Numbered from the stretch's first letter, positions 1 to 9,347 are shown. The stretch is DNA of 32,000 nucleotides from Micrococcus luteus NCTC 2665 (GCF_000023205.1 NC_012803.1:1770001-1802000), one strand, 5' to 3'. Made by a program: numbers and translations. Notes: generated from the letters alone by a model not told the origin.

Positions 1-29
1 TCACGGAACGGATCGATGGGACGGGTCAT
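1..29 (-). CDS. possible 5' end of a divergent gene running off the left edge (MTRPIDPFR...)
   Basis: ATG at 29..27 on the minus strand. GAGGAGAG (reverse complement of 39..46) lies 9 nt upstream. Only 9 codons are visible, so identity is unknown. Confidence 0.2.
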
Positions 30-182
30 GTCGGTTCACTCTCCTCGGGAGTCGGGTCGGCGCCGCTGACACCGCGGCGTCTGATCACCACAACAGCACG
101 CCCGGCGAACCTATTCCAGAAATCTTCGTGAACTCCGCTCAACTTTCTGAGGGACGGCCCGCACGCGACGGCGCGGCCCCAC

Positions 183-243
183 CCATGACATTCGTCATGG
201 CGCATTCCTGACGTCTGCCGCTCCCGCGGGGCGCGCCCCGCGG
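183..243. promoter_or_regulatory. two inverted repeats upstream of the ABC/two-component operon
   Basis: ccatgac-attc-gtcatgg at 183..200. Perfect 20-bp palindrome ccgcggggcgcgccccgcgg at 224..243, ending 1 nt before the GAGG Shine-Dalgarno of the ATG at 257. Function is inferred only. Confidence 0.3.
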
Positions 244-256
244 CGAGGCTGGAGCC

Positions 257-1228
257 ATGAGCAACGCACCCGCACTCGCAACCCGGGGACTCACCCGCCG
301 CTTCGGACCGGTCCGGGCCGTGGACGGCGTGGACCTCACCGTCCCTGCCGGCGAAGTCCTCGCCCTCCTCGGGCCCAACGGCGCCGGCAAGACCACGCTG
401 CTGGACATGGCCCTGGGCTTCAGCCCGCCCTCGGACGGCACGGTCCGCGTCCTCGGCTCCGAGCCTGTCGCCGCGATCCGCCAGGGCCGGGTGGGCGCGG
501 TGCTGCAGACGGGCGGCCTGCTGGAGGACCTGAGCGTCCGCGAGACCGTGGCCATGGTGGCCGGCTGCCACCGCCGCCACATCGGCGTGCCCGCCGCCCT
601 CGAGCGCGCCGGCCTCACCGGGCTGGCCGGGCGCCGGGTGAAGAAGTGCTCCGGAGGCGAGCGCCAGCGGCTGCGCTTCGCCCTGGCCCTGCTCACCGAC
701 CCCGAGCTGCTGATCCTGGACGAGCCCACCGCGGGCATGGACGTCCGCGCCCGCCACGACTTCTGGGACACCATGCACGCCGAGGCGGACCGGGGCCGCA
801 CCATCGTGTTCGCCACCCACTTCCTCCCCGAAGCCGAGGACTTCGCGGACCGGATCGTCCTGATGCGCGAGGGCCGGATCCACGCGGACGGCACGCCCGC
901 CGAGCTCGCCACCGGCGGGTCCGTCACCCTCACGGGCCGCTGGGCCGGCGGCGGAGACGATCCGGACGCGCCCGCCCGCCTCGCCACCGCCCTGAGCCTG
1001 CCGCAGGACGCCGTCCAGCTCGAACCACAGCACCTCTCCCCCGGCCGCCTGCGCGTGCGCGTCCCCGCCGGGGGCTCGGTCACCGGCGACGACGTCGCCC
1101 GCCACCTGCTGAACGAGCGCCTCGTCGAGGACCTGGCGATCACCCACGCCTCCCTCGACGACGTGTTCCTCTCCCTGACCGACGCCGGCCAGCCGGCACC
1201 CTCCGAGCCGCAGGAGTCCCTCGCATGA
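257..1228 (+). CDS. ABC transporter ATP-binding protein (DrrA/ABC-2 type)
   Basis: Walker A GPNGAGKTT, ABC signature SGGERQRL, Walker B LLILDEPT. GAGG lies upstream of ATG 257. Confidence 0.93.
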   Translation: MSNAPALATRGLTRRFGPVRAVDGVDLTVPAGEVLALLGPNGAGKTTLLDMALGFSPPSDGTVRVLGSEPVAAIRQGRVGAVLQTGGLLEDLSVRETVAMVAGCHRRHIGVPAALERAGLTGLAGRRVKKCSGGERQRLRFALALLTDPELLILDEPTAGMDVRARHDFWDTMHAEADRGRTIVFATHFLPEAEDFADRIVLMREGRIHADGTPAELATGGSVTLTGRWAGGGDDPDAPARLATALSLPQDAVQLEPQHLSPGRLRVRVPAGGSVTGDDVARHLLNERLVEDLAITHASLDDVFLSLTDAGQPAPSEPQESLA

Positions 1229-2019
1229 GCACGACCACCACCGCCCCCGGCCGCCTGTTCGGCTACGCACGCCGCGAGTTCGTCCGCAACGTGCGGATGA
1301 TCGAGGGCTCGTTCTTCATCGTCGTCCTCCCCGTGGCGCTCTACCTCATGTTCGGCGCGCTCTCCGACTGGGGAGACCGCCCCGTCGGCCACGGGAACGT
1401 GTCCGCGTACACCATGACCGGCATGGCCGTGTACGGGGCGGTCATGGCCACCACGTCGATCGCCGGCTCGGCCGCCGTCGAGCGCCAGTCCGGCTGGGGC
1501 CGCCAGCTCTCCCTGACCGCGCTCACCCCGGGCGCCTACCTCGCCGGCAAGTGCCTCGTGGCCCTGGCCATGGCCGCCCTGCCCGTGCTCGCCGTGCTCG
1601 CCGCGGGCGCGCTCACGGGCGCCGAGCTCATCGGCCCGCTGCGCTGGCTCACGACGGGCGCCCTCGCCCTGGTGTCCTCGCTGCCGTTCGCGCTGTTCGG
1701 CCTGGCGGCCGCCCTGCTCTTCCGTTCGGAGGCCGCCGTGTCCGCGGCGTCGGGCATCCTGGTGGTGTTCGGCTTCCTCGGGAACCTCTTCGTCCCGCTC
1801 TCGGGCATCATGCTGGACATCGGGCGCTTCACTCCGGTGTACGGGGCCGGCGCCCTCGCCCGATGGCCGCAGATGGAGGGAGAGAGGGCACAGATGGGAA
1901 CGGAACCCGCCGCCGCCGCGGACCCGCTGTGGCTGCCGATCGTGAACCTGCTGGCCTGGACGGCCGTGTTCACGGTGGTCTGCCTGCTCGCCTCCCGCTC
2001 CCGGACGGCCCGCGCATGA
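1225..2019 (+). CDS. ABC-2 type transporter permease
   Basis: ATG 1225 overlaps the ATPase stop (ATGA). About 6 hydrophobic helices (MSTTTTAPGRLFGYARREFVRNVRM...). The 646..1224 part of the tracked ORF is an R/P-rich artefact. Confidence 0.85.
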   Translation: MSTTTTAPGRLFGYARREFVRNVRMIEGSFFIVVLPVALYLMFGALSDWGDRPVGHGNVSAYTMTGMAVYGAVMATTSIAGSAAVERQSGWGRQLSLTALTPGAYLAGKCLVALAMAALPVLAVLAAGALTGAELIGPLRWLTTGALALVSSLPFALFGLAAALLFRSEAAVSAASGILVVFGFLGNLFVPLSGIMLDIGRFTPVYGAGALARWPQMEGERAQMGTEPAAAADPLWLPIVNLLAWTAVFTVVCLLASRSRTARA

Positions 2020-3242
2020 GCCCCGCCGGCGGATCCCCGGCGCCGGCCCGACCGACGGTCGGCACGGCGGAGCACGACCCCGCCGTTCTGCCGCTGCACC
2101 TGTGGCCGTCCACGCTGGGGTTCGCCGGGGTGTGGCTCATCAGCTTCGGCTTCGTCCTCGTCGAGCTCCTCCGCCGGGCGTTCACGCCCGGGGACGGGCG
2201 GGGCGAGGCGATCCTGGGGGTGGCGGCCATCGTGGTCTTCATCCTCGTCTACCTGGCCGCGTTCGTGGTGCCGCGCCCGGTGCGCGCGTGGCCGGCCTGG
2301 GCCAACGCGGTCCTCACCTGGCTCGTGCTCGCCGGGTGCCTGGCCGTGCTGACCCGGATCCTGGGCGTCCACGCCCTGCTCTACTCCCCCTTCCTCGTGG
2401 CCACGTGGCTCTTCCCCCACCGGCTACGCGTGGGCCTGATCGGCGCCGGGGCCACGATGGCCGCGGCGCTGGCGACCGGGCTGCTGTTCTTCCCCGGCGA
2501 TCCGGCCCTGCCCGTCGTGCTGGGCAACCTCGCCGTCCTCCTGGTGGTGCTGGTGGGCATGCGCCTGGCCATCGGCCGGGACGACCGGGTCATGGAGATG
2601 ACGCATGAACTCGACCTCGCCGGCCAGCGGGAACGGCTCGGCCGGGATCTGCACGACATCCTGGGCCACTCCCTGACCACCATCAACGTCAAGACCCAGC
2701 TCGTGCACCGACTGATCGACGCGGACCCCGCCCGGGCCAAGCAGGAGGCCGCCGAGGTGATCGCCCTGTCCCGCACGGCCCTCGCCGAGGCGCGGGCCGC
2801 CGTCGCCGAGCTCGCCGCCCCGGAGCTGGGCGGGCAGCTCTCCCTCTCCATGGGGGCACTGCGGGACGCCGGGATGGCCGTCGAGGCCCCGCCGCCCGGC
2901 GCCGTCACCGAGGTGCCGGAGCGTCGCCGCGCCCTGGCCGCCTGGGTCGTGCGCGAGGCCGTGACCAACGTGCTCCGCCACGCCGGGGCCCGCCGGGTGC
3001 GCATCAGCCTGGACGCCCACCACGTGGCGGTGCTCGACGACGGCGCCGGGTTGCCGGCCTCCGTCGCGGCGGGTGTGGGCCCCCGCACCCTCGCCGAGCG
3101 GGCGGCCGCGGAGGGCGCACGCCTCGAGGTGGGGCCGGGGCTGGGCGGAGCCGGCACCGGCGTGGCCGTGCACTGGGGCGGGAGCGCGACGGAGGCCGCA
3201 CGCGGGGTGCTGCCCGCCGCCGAGGGCAGGATGGACGCATGA
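2016..3242 (+). CDS. sensor histidine kinase, HisKA_3 (DesK/LiaS-like), intramembrane-sensing type
   Basis: ATG 2016 overlaps the permease stop (ATGA). About six N-terminal TM segments with no large loop. H-box HDILGHSLTTINVKTQL, N-box REAVTNVLRHA, G-box LDDGAG. Confidence 0.88.
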   Translation: MSPAGGSPAPARPTVGTAEHDPAVLPLHLWPSTLGFAGVWLISFGFVLVELLRRAFTPGDGRGEAILGVAAIVVFILVYLAAFVVPRPVRAWPAWANAVLTWLVLAGCLAVLTRILGVHALLYSPFLVATWLFPHRLRVGLIGAGATMAAALATGLLFFPGDPALPVVLGNLAVLLVVLVGMRLAIGRDDRVMEMTHELDLAGQRERLGRDLHDILGHSLTTINVKTQLVHRLIDADPARAKQEAAEVIALSRTALAEARAAVAELAAPELGGQLSLSMGALRDAGMAVEAPPPGAVTEVPERRRALAAWVVREAVTNVLRHAGARRVRISLDAHHVAVLDDGAGLPASVAAGVGPRTLAERAAAEGARLEVGPGLGGAGTGVAVHWGGSATEAARGVLPAAEGRMDA

Positions 3243-3913
3243 GAGAGGCAGCCGACTCGACCTCATCCCCGGCGACGCCACCCTCGACCGGTCGCGGGCC
3301 CGGGGCTCCGCTGCGCCTGCTGCTGGCCGACGACCAGGCGCTCGTGCGCGGCGCCCTGGCCGCCCTTCTGGACACCGAGCCGGACCTGATCGTCGTCGCC
3401 CAGGCCGCCTCCGGGGACGAGGTGGCGGACGCCGTCGAGGCCCATGACGTGGACGTCGCCCTGCTGGACATCGAGATGCCCGGAGTGGACGGGCTCGAGG
3501 CCCTGCGCCGGATCCGGGACCGCGGCCTGGACTGCGCCGTGCTGATGGTGACGACCTTCGGCCGCCCCGGCTACCTGGAGCGGGCCCTGGCCGCCGGGGC
3601 CCGGGGATTCGTGGTCAAGGACACCCCGGCCGAGCAGCTCGCCGACGCCGTGCGCGCGGTGGCCCGTGGTGAGCGCGTGGTGGATCCCTCGCTCGCGGTG
3701 GACACCCTCGCGGCGGGTCCGAGCCCGCTGACCCCGCGGGAGGTCGATGTGCTGCGCGAAGCACTCACGGGGGCCTCCGTCCGTGCGATCGCCGGGCGCC
3801 TGCACCTCTCGGCGGGCACGGTGCGCAACCACCTGAGCGCGGCGATCGGCAAGACGGCCACCAGCACGCGCGGCGAGGCCGCGACGGTCGCGCGCGATCG
3901 AGGGTGGCTGTAG
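3239..3913 (+). CDS. response regulator, NarL/LuxR family
   Basis: ATG 3239 overlaps the kinase stop (ATGA). Receiver domain LLLADDQ...DVALLDIEMPGVDG. C-terminal LuxR HTH LTPREVDVL...GTVRNHLSAAIGK. Confidence 0.92.
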   Translation: MREAADSTSSPATPPSTGRGPGAPLRLLLADDQALVRGALAALLDTEPDLIVVAQAASGDEVADAVEAHDVDVALLDIEMPGVDGLEALRRIRDRGLDCAVLMVTTFGRPGYLERALAAGARGFVVKDTPAEQLADAVRAVARGERVVDPSLAVDTLAAGPSPLTPREVDVLREALTGASVRAIAGRLHLSAGTVRNHLSAAIGKTATSTRGEAATVARDRGWL

Positions 3914-3933
3914 GGGCGGTTCAGCGGAGGCGC

Positions 3934-4461
3934 TCAGGTGAGATGCTCGAGCGCCGCACGGAACGCGGCCTCCGCCGTCTCGCCGTAGGGCACGAACAGC
4001 ACCTCGTCCACGGTGCCGCCCACCTCGTCCGCCATCGCGTGGCAGGTCTCGACGGCGATCCGCGCCGCGTCCTCCATGGGCCAGCCGTAGATCCCCGCGG
4101 AGATCGCCGGGAACGCGACCGTCCGGGCGCCGAGCCCGGCCGCCACCTTCAGGGACTCGCGGTAGCACGAGGCGAGGGTGTCGGACTTGTCGATGGTCTT
4201 GGCCCACACCGGGCCCACCGTGTGGATGACCCAGCGCGCCGGCAGGCGCCCCGCCGTCGTCGCCACGGCCTGGCCGGCGGGCAGCCCCTCCGGCAGATCG
4301 GTCTCGCGCAGGCGGCGGCACTCGGCCAGGATCTCGGGGCCGCCGCGCCGGTGGATGGCGCCGTCCACGCCTCCGCCGCCGAGCAGTGTCGAGTTGGCGG
4401 CGTTGACGACGGCGTCCGCGTGCGTGGCCGTGATGTCCCCGGGGGCGATGGTGAGCTGCAT
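3934..4461 (-). CDS. stand-alone macro domain protein (O-acetyl-ADP-ribose deacetylase / ADP-ribose hydrolase, YmdB/MacroD-like)
   Basis: 175 aa with macro-domain hallmarks VNAAN...[12 protein letters not shown] and [12 protein letters not shown]. Confidence 0.9.
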   Translation of the reverse strand: MQLTIAPGDITATHADAVVNAANSTLLGGGGVDGAIHRRGGPEILAECRRLRETDLPEGLPAGQAVATTAGRLPARWVIHTVGPVWAKTIDKSDTLASCYRESLKVAAGLGARTVAFPAISAGIYGWPMEDAARIAVETCHAMADEVGGTVDEVLFVPYGETAEAAFRAALEHLT

Positions 4462-4517
4462 GGGCCCACGCTAGGCGCGGGTGGGCGCCGTCGGACAGGG
4501 CCGGTAGCCTCGGCCCC

Positions 4518-4955
4518 ATGAGCACCCCGACTCCCACCGGACCGACCCCCATGCCTCCCGGCGGCGAGCTGCTGCCGCTGATCAGCCTCGCGGTGGAGCA
4601 CGTGTTCGACACGCTCGGACGGCAGTCCGTGTTCGCCCCCACGATCCTCGCCGTCACCGCCGACGGCCAGCGCGGCATGTGGGAGCACCCGGACCTCGAG
4701 CCCGAGCAGGCGGCCGCCACGGTCGCGAAGATCAGCCCGCGCCCCACGCGGGCGGTGGCCGTGTTCGACGGCGAGATCGAGACGGCGGACGGACCCCGCC
4801 CGGCCGTCGCGGTGGAGGCCTTCGACGCCGCCGCCCTGGCCTCGACCCGCATGGTCTTCCCGTATCTGCCCGGCGTGGCCGCGGCGGGCATCGCCGCTCG
4901 CGTCGACGGCGACCCGCAGGTCGTGGCCAACGGCCCCAACCCGCTCTTCGGCTGA
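4518..4955 (+). CDS. hypothetical protein, 145 aa
   Basis: Ordinary amino-acid composition and high third-position GC in this frame. No motif recognised. No clear Shine-Dalgarno; an alternative start is Met12 at 4551. Confidence 0.6.
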   Translation: MSTPTPTGPTPMPPGGELLPLISLAVEHVFDTLGRQSVFAPTILAVTADGQRGMWEHPDLEPEQAAATVAKISPRPTRAVAVFDGEIETADGPRPAVAVEAFDAAALASTRMVFPYLPGVAAAGIAARVDGDPQVVANGPNPLFG

Positions 4956-5020
4956 GCTGCCCGCCACGACGACGGCGCGCCGCGGCCTACCGTGTCCGTG
5001 CAGCCTGCGAGGGTGGGGTC

Positions 5021-6280
5021 ATGGAGATCCTCAGCCTGCTGCTCGCCCTCATCCTCGGACTCGTGCTGGGTGCCCTGGTGGGCGCGTGGCTCATGTGGCG
5101 CCGGGCGGCCGGCGGCGGTGAGGTGGCCCGCCGGGCCCAGGCCGAGCTGGCCGCGCTGCGCACCGAGCACCAGGGGGCGCGAGAGGAGCTCGCGGCCGCC
5201 CGGGCGGAGCAGCGCGCGCTCACGGCCGCGCGCGCCGAGGACGCCGAACGCCAACGCGCGGAGTCCCAGGTGATGTCCACGCTCGCCCCGCTGGGCCAGC
5301 GGCTGGCGGCGCTCCAGGAGCAGGTGAGCGTGCTGGAACGGGATCGGGCGTCCCAGTTCGGCCGGCTCGGGGAGCAGCTCCGCGCCGCCGCGGCCACGGA
5401 CCGGGACCTGCTGAACCAGACCACCTCGCTCATGGCCACGCTCAAGTCCACCTCCGCGCGGGGCCACTGGGGAGAGGCGCAGCTGCGGCGGGTCGTCGAG
5501 GCGGCGGGCATGCTCCACCACGTGGACTTCACGGAGCAGGCCACGCTGTCCGGCAGGGACGGCGAGCGCCTCCGCCCGGACCTCGTGGTGTCCCTGCCCG
5601 GCGGCAAGGCCATGGCCGTGGACGCCAAGGCCCCCATCGGGGACGCGCTGGCCGCCGAGGCCCTCGCGGACGAGCCCGGCGAGGAGGCGTACGAGCGGCG
5701 CCAGGCGCTGGCCGCCCAGCACGCCGCGGCCGTGCGCCGCCACGTGGACCAGCTCTCCGCGAAGTCCTACTGGGCCGGCCTCGAGCACTCCCCCGAGCTG
5801 GTCCTGTGCTTCCTGCCCGCCGAGTCGCTCCTGGCCGCGGCGCTGGACGCGGACCCCGGGCTGCTGGACCACGCGTTCTCGCGGAACGTCGCGCTCGTCG
5901 CCCCCGTCTCCCTCCTGACCGCCCTGAAGTCCGTGGCCTACGCGTGGCGGCAGGACACCCTGGCCGAGAACGCCCACACCGTGGTGGCCAGCGCGAAGGA
6001 CCTCTACGAGCGCCTCGGCACGCTCGGCACCCACCTGGACCGCATGGGCGGATCCCTCAAGACTGCCGTGGACCGCTACAACCAGCTCGTCGGCAACGTC
6101 GAGTCGCGCGTGCTCCCCGCCGCCCGGCGCCTTCGCGAAGTCGACCCGGGCCTGGCCCCCACGCCGGACATCCGTACGCTCGAGTCCGCGCCCCGGCCCC
6201 TGGCCGCTCCGGAACTGGTCACGGGCGTGGAGGAGGACGAGCTGCGCCGTCGTCGGGCGGAGTCGGCGCGGGAGGCGTGA
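5021..6280 (+). CDS. rmuC: DNA recombination protein RmuC
   Basis: N-terminal TM helix MEILSLLLALILGLVLGALVGAWL, then an Ala/Glu/Arg coiled coil, then an RmuC-type C-terminal region (RPDLVVSLPGGKAMAVDAKAP...LCFLPAESL). The 4679..5020 part of the tracked ORF is an R/G-rich artefact. Confidence 0.88.
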   Translation: MEILSLLLALILGLVLGALVGAWLMWRRAAGGGEVARRAQAELAALRTEHQGAREELAAARAEQRALTAARAEDAERQRAESQVMSTLAPLGQRLAALQEQVSVLERDRASQFGRLGEQLRAAAATDRDLLNQTTSLMATLKSTSARGHWGEAQLRRVVEAAGMLHHVDFTEQATLSGRDGERLRPDLVVSLPGGKAMAVDAKAPIGDALAAEALADEPGEEAYERRQALAAQHAAAVRRHVDQLSAKSYWAGLEHSPELVLCFLPAESLLAAALDADPGLLDHAFSRNVALVAPVSLLTALKSVAYAWRQDTLAENAHTVVASAKDLYERLGTLGTHLDRMGGSLKTAVDRYNQLVGNVESRVLPAARRLREVDPGLAPTPDIRTLESAPRPLAAPELVTGVEEDELRRRRAESAREA

Positions 6281-6319
6281 GCAGGGCCGGGCGGGGGGCC
6301 GGGCGAGTGGGCCCTCGCC

Positions 6320-6380
6320 GAGATGAGATCGCCTTCTGGTGATCCAGATCACTTGATACGGTGAAACTCACAGAGAATTG
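6320..6380. promoter_or_regulatory. candidate promoter/operator patch upstream of the DASS transporter
   Basis: Locally AT-richer stretch. Palindrome gtgatc-ca-gatcac at 6339..6352. Three GATC sites within 24 bp (6327, 6341, 6347). TTGATA at 6353..6358. Shine-Dalgarno GAGGAGG at 6409..6415. Confidence 0.3.
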
Positions 6381-6420
6381 CCAGCCCGCACGTGGGCCCT
6401 GACCTGATGAGGAGGCGCCC

Positions 6421-8121
6421 ATGGCGTCCCGTCCACTCCCCCCGCCGAGCAACGTCAACGAGCACGTCTCCCGCTTCGACCCCCGAGCGGCCGCCCAGGA
6501 GTTCGAACACGAGCTCTCCCCGGGCATGCGTGACGAACCGCTGACCGGCGGCGAGAACGTCAAGCGCATCATCGGCCTCGTGGCCGGCCCCCTGCTCGCC
6601 GTCGCCCTGTTCCTGCTGATGCCGGGCGACCTCGGCGTCTGGCCCCGCCTCGTCGCCGCCACCGCCGTGCTCATGGCCGTGTGGTGGATGACCGAGGCCC
6701 TGCCCATCCCCGCCACCGCCCTGCTGCCGCTCGTCATCTTCCCGCTCGGCGTGCCCGCCGAGGAGTCCGACGGCGGCATCACCTTCGACTCCATCGGCGC
6801 GAGCTACGGCAACAACATCATCTTCCTGTTCATGGGCGGCTTCATGCTCGCCCTGGCCATGCAGCGCTGGAACCTGCACCGGCGCATCGCGCTCGGCGTC
6901 CTGAAGTTCATGGGCGCCAGGACCGTGAACCTCGTCCTGGGCTTCATGATCGCCACCGGGTTCATCTCCATGTGGGTGTCCAACACCGCCACCGCCGTGA
7001 TGATGCTCCCCATCGGCGTGTCCATCCTCGTGCTCGTCCAGCGCTACGCCACGGACGACGCCCTGACCGCGGACGAGACCGCGGACCCGGTCGACCGCCC
7101 CGCCGCGCCCGCCTCCGCGCCCGGCGAGGCCCCCACGCAGGCCGAGATCCGCTCCCTCACCAAGTCGAACTTCGGCACCGCGCTCATGCTCGGCATCGCG
7201 TACGCCGCGTCCATCGGCTCGCTCGGCACCATCATCGGCACCCCGCCCAACACCCTGCTCGCGGGCCACATGGCCGCCGAGCACGGCGTGGAGATCGGCT
7301 TCGGCCAGTGGATGCTGGTCGGCGTGCCGATCGCCGTCGTGCTGCTCTTCGCGTGCTGGTTCCTGCTCACCCGCGTGCTGTTCCGCCCGGAGATCGACGA
7401 GGTCCCCGGCGGCCGCGACCTGATCGCCGCCGAGCTGGCCCGCCTCGGCCGCATGAGCGCCCCCGAGGCCAAGGTCCTCGCCGTCTTCGTCCTCGCCGCG
7501 CTGGCCTGGATCACCGTGCCGCTGATCTCCGAGTACGTCCTGGACCTGACGTCCCCGCTGCTCTCGGACGCGGCCATCGCCATGGTCGTCGGGCTCATCC
7601 TGTTCCTCCTGCCGGCCGGTGGCGGGGCCGGGCGCGGCGTGCGCCTGCTCGACTGGGAGGCCGCGAAGGAGCTGCCGTGGGGCGTGCTTCTGCTGTTCGG
7701 CGGCGGCCTGGCACTGTCCGGTCAGTTCTCCAAGTCGGGCCTGTCCACGTGGCTCGGTGAGCAGGTCAAGGGCTTCGGTGACATCCCCGTGTGGGTGCTC
7801 GTGGTGATCGCCGCCGTCGGCATCCTGCTGCTGACCGAGATGACCTCGAACACGGCCACCGCGGCCACGTTCCTGCCGGTCGCCTCCGGCGTGGCCCTGG
7901 GCACCGGCGTCGCCCCGCTCATGCTGGCCGCGCCCGTCGCCCTCGCCGCGACCTGCGCGTTCATGCTGCCCGTGGCCACCCCGCCGAACGCCATCGCGTA
8001 CGGCTCCGGCTACGTGACCATCGGCCAGATGGTGAAGGGCGGCGTGTTGCTGAACATCATCGCCGCCGTGCTCATCTCCATCGCGTCGATGACCCTGCTC
8101 GTCTGGGTCTTCGGACTCTGA
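6421..8121 (+). CDS. DASS/SLC13 family anion:cation symporter (di/tricarboxylate or sulfate type)
   Basis: 566-aa polytopic protein. Duplicated SNTAT motifs (SNTATAVMMLPIG, SNTATAATFLPVA) and TPPN motifs (GTPPNTLL, ATPPNAIAYGSGY). Confidence 0.9.
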   Translation: MASRPLPPPSNVNEHVSRFDPRAAAQEFEHELSPGMRDEPLTGGENVKRIIGLVAGPLLAVALFLLMPGDLGVWPRLVAATAVLMAVWWMTEALPIPATALLPLVIFPLGVPAEESDGGITFDSIGASYGNNIIFLFMGGFMLALAMQRWNLHRRIALGVLKFMGARTVNLVLGFMIATGFISMWVSNTATAVMMLPIGVSILVLVQRYATDDALTADETADPVDRPAAPASAPGEAPTQAEIRSLTKSNFGTALMLGIAYAASIGSLGTIIGTPPNTLLAGHMAAEHGVEIGFGQWMLVGVPIAVVLLFACWFLLTRVLFRPEIDEVPGGRDLIAAELARLGRMSAPEAKVLAVFVLAALAWITVPLISEYVLDLTSPLLSDAAIAMVVGLILFLLPAGGGAGRGVRLLDWEAAKELPWGVLLLFGGGLALSGQFSKSGLSTWLGEQVKGFGDIPVWVLVVIAAVGILLLTEMTSNTATAATFLPVASGVALGTGVAPLMLAAPVALAATCAFMLPVATPPNAIAYGSGYVTIGQMVKGGVLLNIIAAVLISIASMTLLVWVFGL

Positions 8122-8150
8122 GTCCTGACCACCCGCCGCCCCGGAACGCC

Positions 8151-8205
8151 GAGGCCCGCAGACTCGCCGCTACGCCGGCGTCGTGACGGCGCGTCTGCGG
8201 GCCTC
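8151..8205. terminator. long GC hairpin, probable bidirectional terminator between convergent genes
   Basis: Perfect 13-bp arms gaggcccgcagac (8151..8163) and gtctgcgggcctc (8193..8205). The stem is extended by cgccg/cggcg (8165..8169 / 8187..8191). No U-tract, as is common in actinobacteria. Confidence 0.6.
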
Positions 8206-8231
8206 AACGAGGGGCGAGGAGGGCGCCCGGC

Positions 8232-9347
8232 TCAGGCCTCGGCGTCGCGGCGTCGTCCGCCGAGCGAGCGGGACTCGTCACCCACCCGCTTGAGTTCGGC
8301 GCGCAGCTCCTTGGGCAGGGAGAAGATGATGTCCTCCTCGGCGGTCACCACCTCGTCCACCTGCCCGTAGCCGTACTCGGCCAGCAGCGCGAGCACCTCC
8401 TGGACCAGCACCTCGGGCACGGACGCGCCCGAGGACAGGCCCACGGTGGCCACGCCCTCGAACCAGGACTCGTCCACCTGGTTGGCGAAGTCCACGCGCT
8501 CGGCGCGGGAGGCCCCGTACTCCGCGGCGACCTCCTTGAGGCGCACCGAGTTCGAGGAGTTCGCCGAGCCCACGATGATCACCAGGTCGCACTCCGGCGA
8601 GATCGACTTGATGGCCGCCTGCCGGTTGGAGGTGGCGTAGCAGATGTCGTCCGAGGGCGGGTCCTGCAGGTGAGGGAACCGCTCGCGCAGCACGGAGACG
8701 ATCTCGAGGGTCTCGTCCACGGAGAGCGTGGTCTGGGAGAGCCAGATCAGGTTGTCCGGGTCCTCCACCTGGACGGTCCGGGCCTCGGCGACGTCGTTGA
8801 TCACCGTGGTGTGCTCGGGCGCCTCGCCGAACGTGCCCTCGACCTCCTCGTGCCCGTCGTGGCCGATCAACAGGATCCGCTTGTCCTGCTTGGCGAAGCG
8901 CACGGCCTCGCGATGCACCTTGGTCACGAGCGGGCACGTGGCATCGATGGTGCGCAGGTTGCGCTGGGCGGCCTCCTCGACGACGGCCGGGGACACGCCG
9001 TGCGCGGAGAACACGGTCAGGGCGCCCTCGGGCACCTCGTCCAGCTCGTCGACGAACACCACACCGCGCTCGGTCAGGGTGTCCACCACGTGCCGGTTGT
9101 GGACGATCTCCTTGCGCACGTACACGGGGGCGCCGTGGTGCTCGAGGGCCTTCTCGACGGCGACGACGGCGCGGTCCACACCGGCGCAGTAGCCACGGGG
9201 GGCGGCCAGCAGCACGCGCTTCTCACCGGACACGGGCGCGGCCTCCTCCACCTCCTCACGGGAACGACGAACGCGCGGGACCTGCGGCATCCCGAGGCCG
9301 ACGGCGGACGGACGGGCGGAGACGGAGGGAGCGGACATGCCCTCCAT
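8232..9347 (-). CDS. ispH: 4-hydroxy-3-methylbut-2-enyl diphosphate reductase
   Basis: [28 protein letters not shown] and [11 protein letters not shown] give the three Cys ligands typical of IspH/LytB. An alternative start is ATG 9338, preceded by GGAGGG. Confidence 0.95.
   Translation of the reverse strand: MEGMSAPSVSARPSAVGLGMPQVPRVRRSREEVEEAAPVSGEKRVLLAAPRGYCAGVDRAVVAVEKALEHHGAPVYVRKEIVHNRHVVDTLTERGVVFVDELDEVPEGALTVFSAHGVSPAVVEEAAQRNLRTIDATCPLVTKVHREAVRFAKQDKRILLIGHDGHEEVEGTFGEAPEHTTVINDVAEARTVQVEDPDNLIWLSQTTLSVDETLEIVSVLRERFPHLQDPPSDDICYATSNRQAAIKSISPECDLVIIVGSANSSNSVRLKEVAAEYGASRAERVDFANQVDESWFEGVATVGLSSGASVPEVLVQEVLALLAEYGYGQVDEVVTAEEDIIFSLPKELRAELKRVGDESRSLGGRRRDAEA

Noticed and set aside
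646-1224. N-terminal extensions of the permease ORF (646..) and the kinase ORF (1551..2015)
   Set aside because: The extensions are Arg/Pro-rich read-through of the preceding genes in another frame. Proper starts are the ATGA-overlap ATGs at 1225 and 2016.
3263-6352. 1029-aa minus-strand ORF spanning the response regulator, macro, hypothetical and rmuC region
   Set aside because: It is Arg/Gly/Pro-rich and motif-free. It crosses four independently well-supported genes on both strands and is a high-GC artefact.
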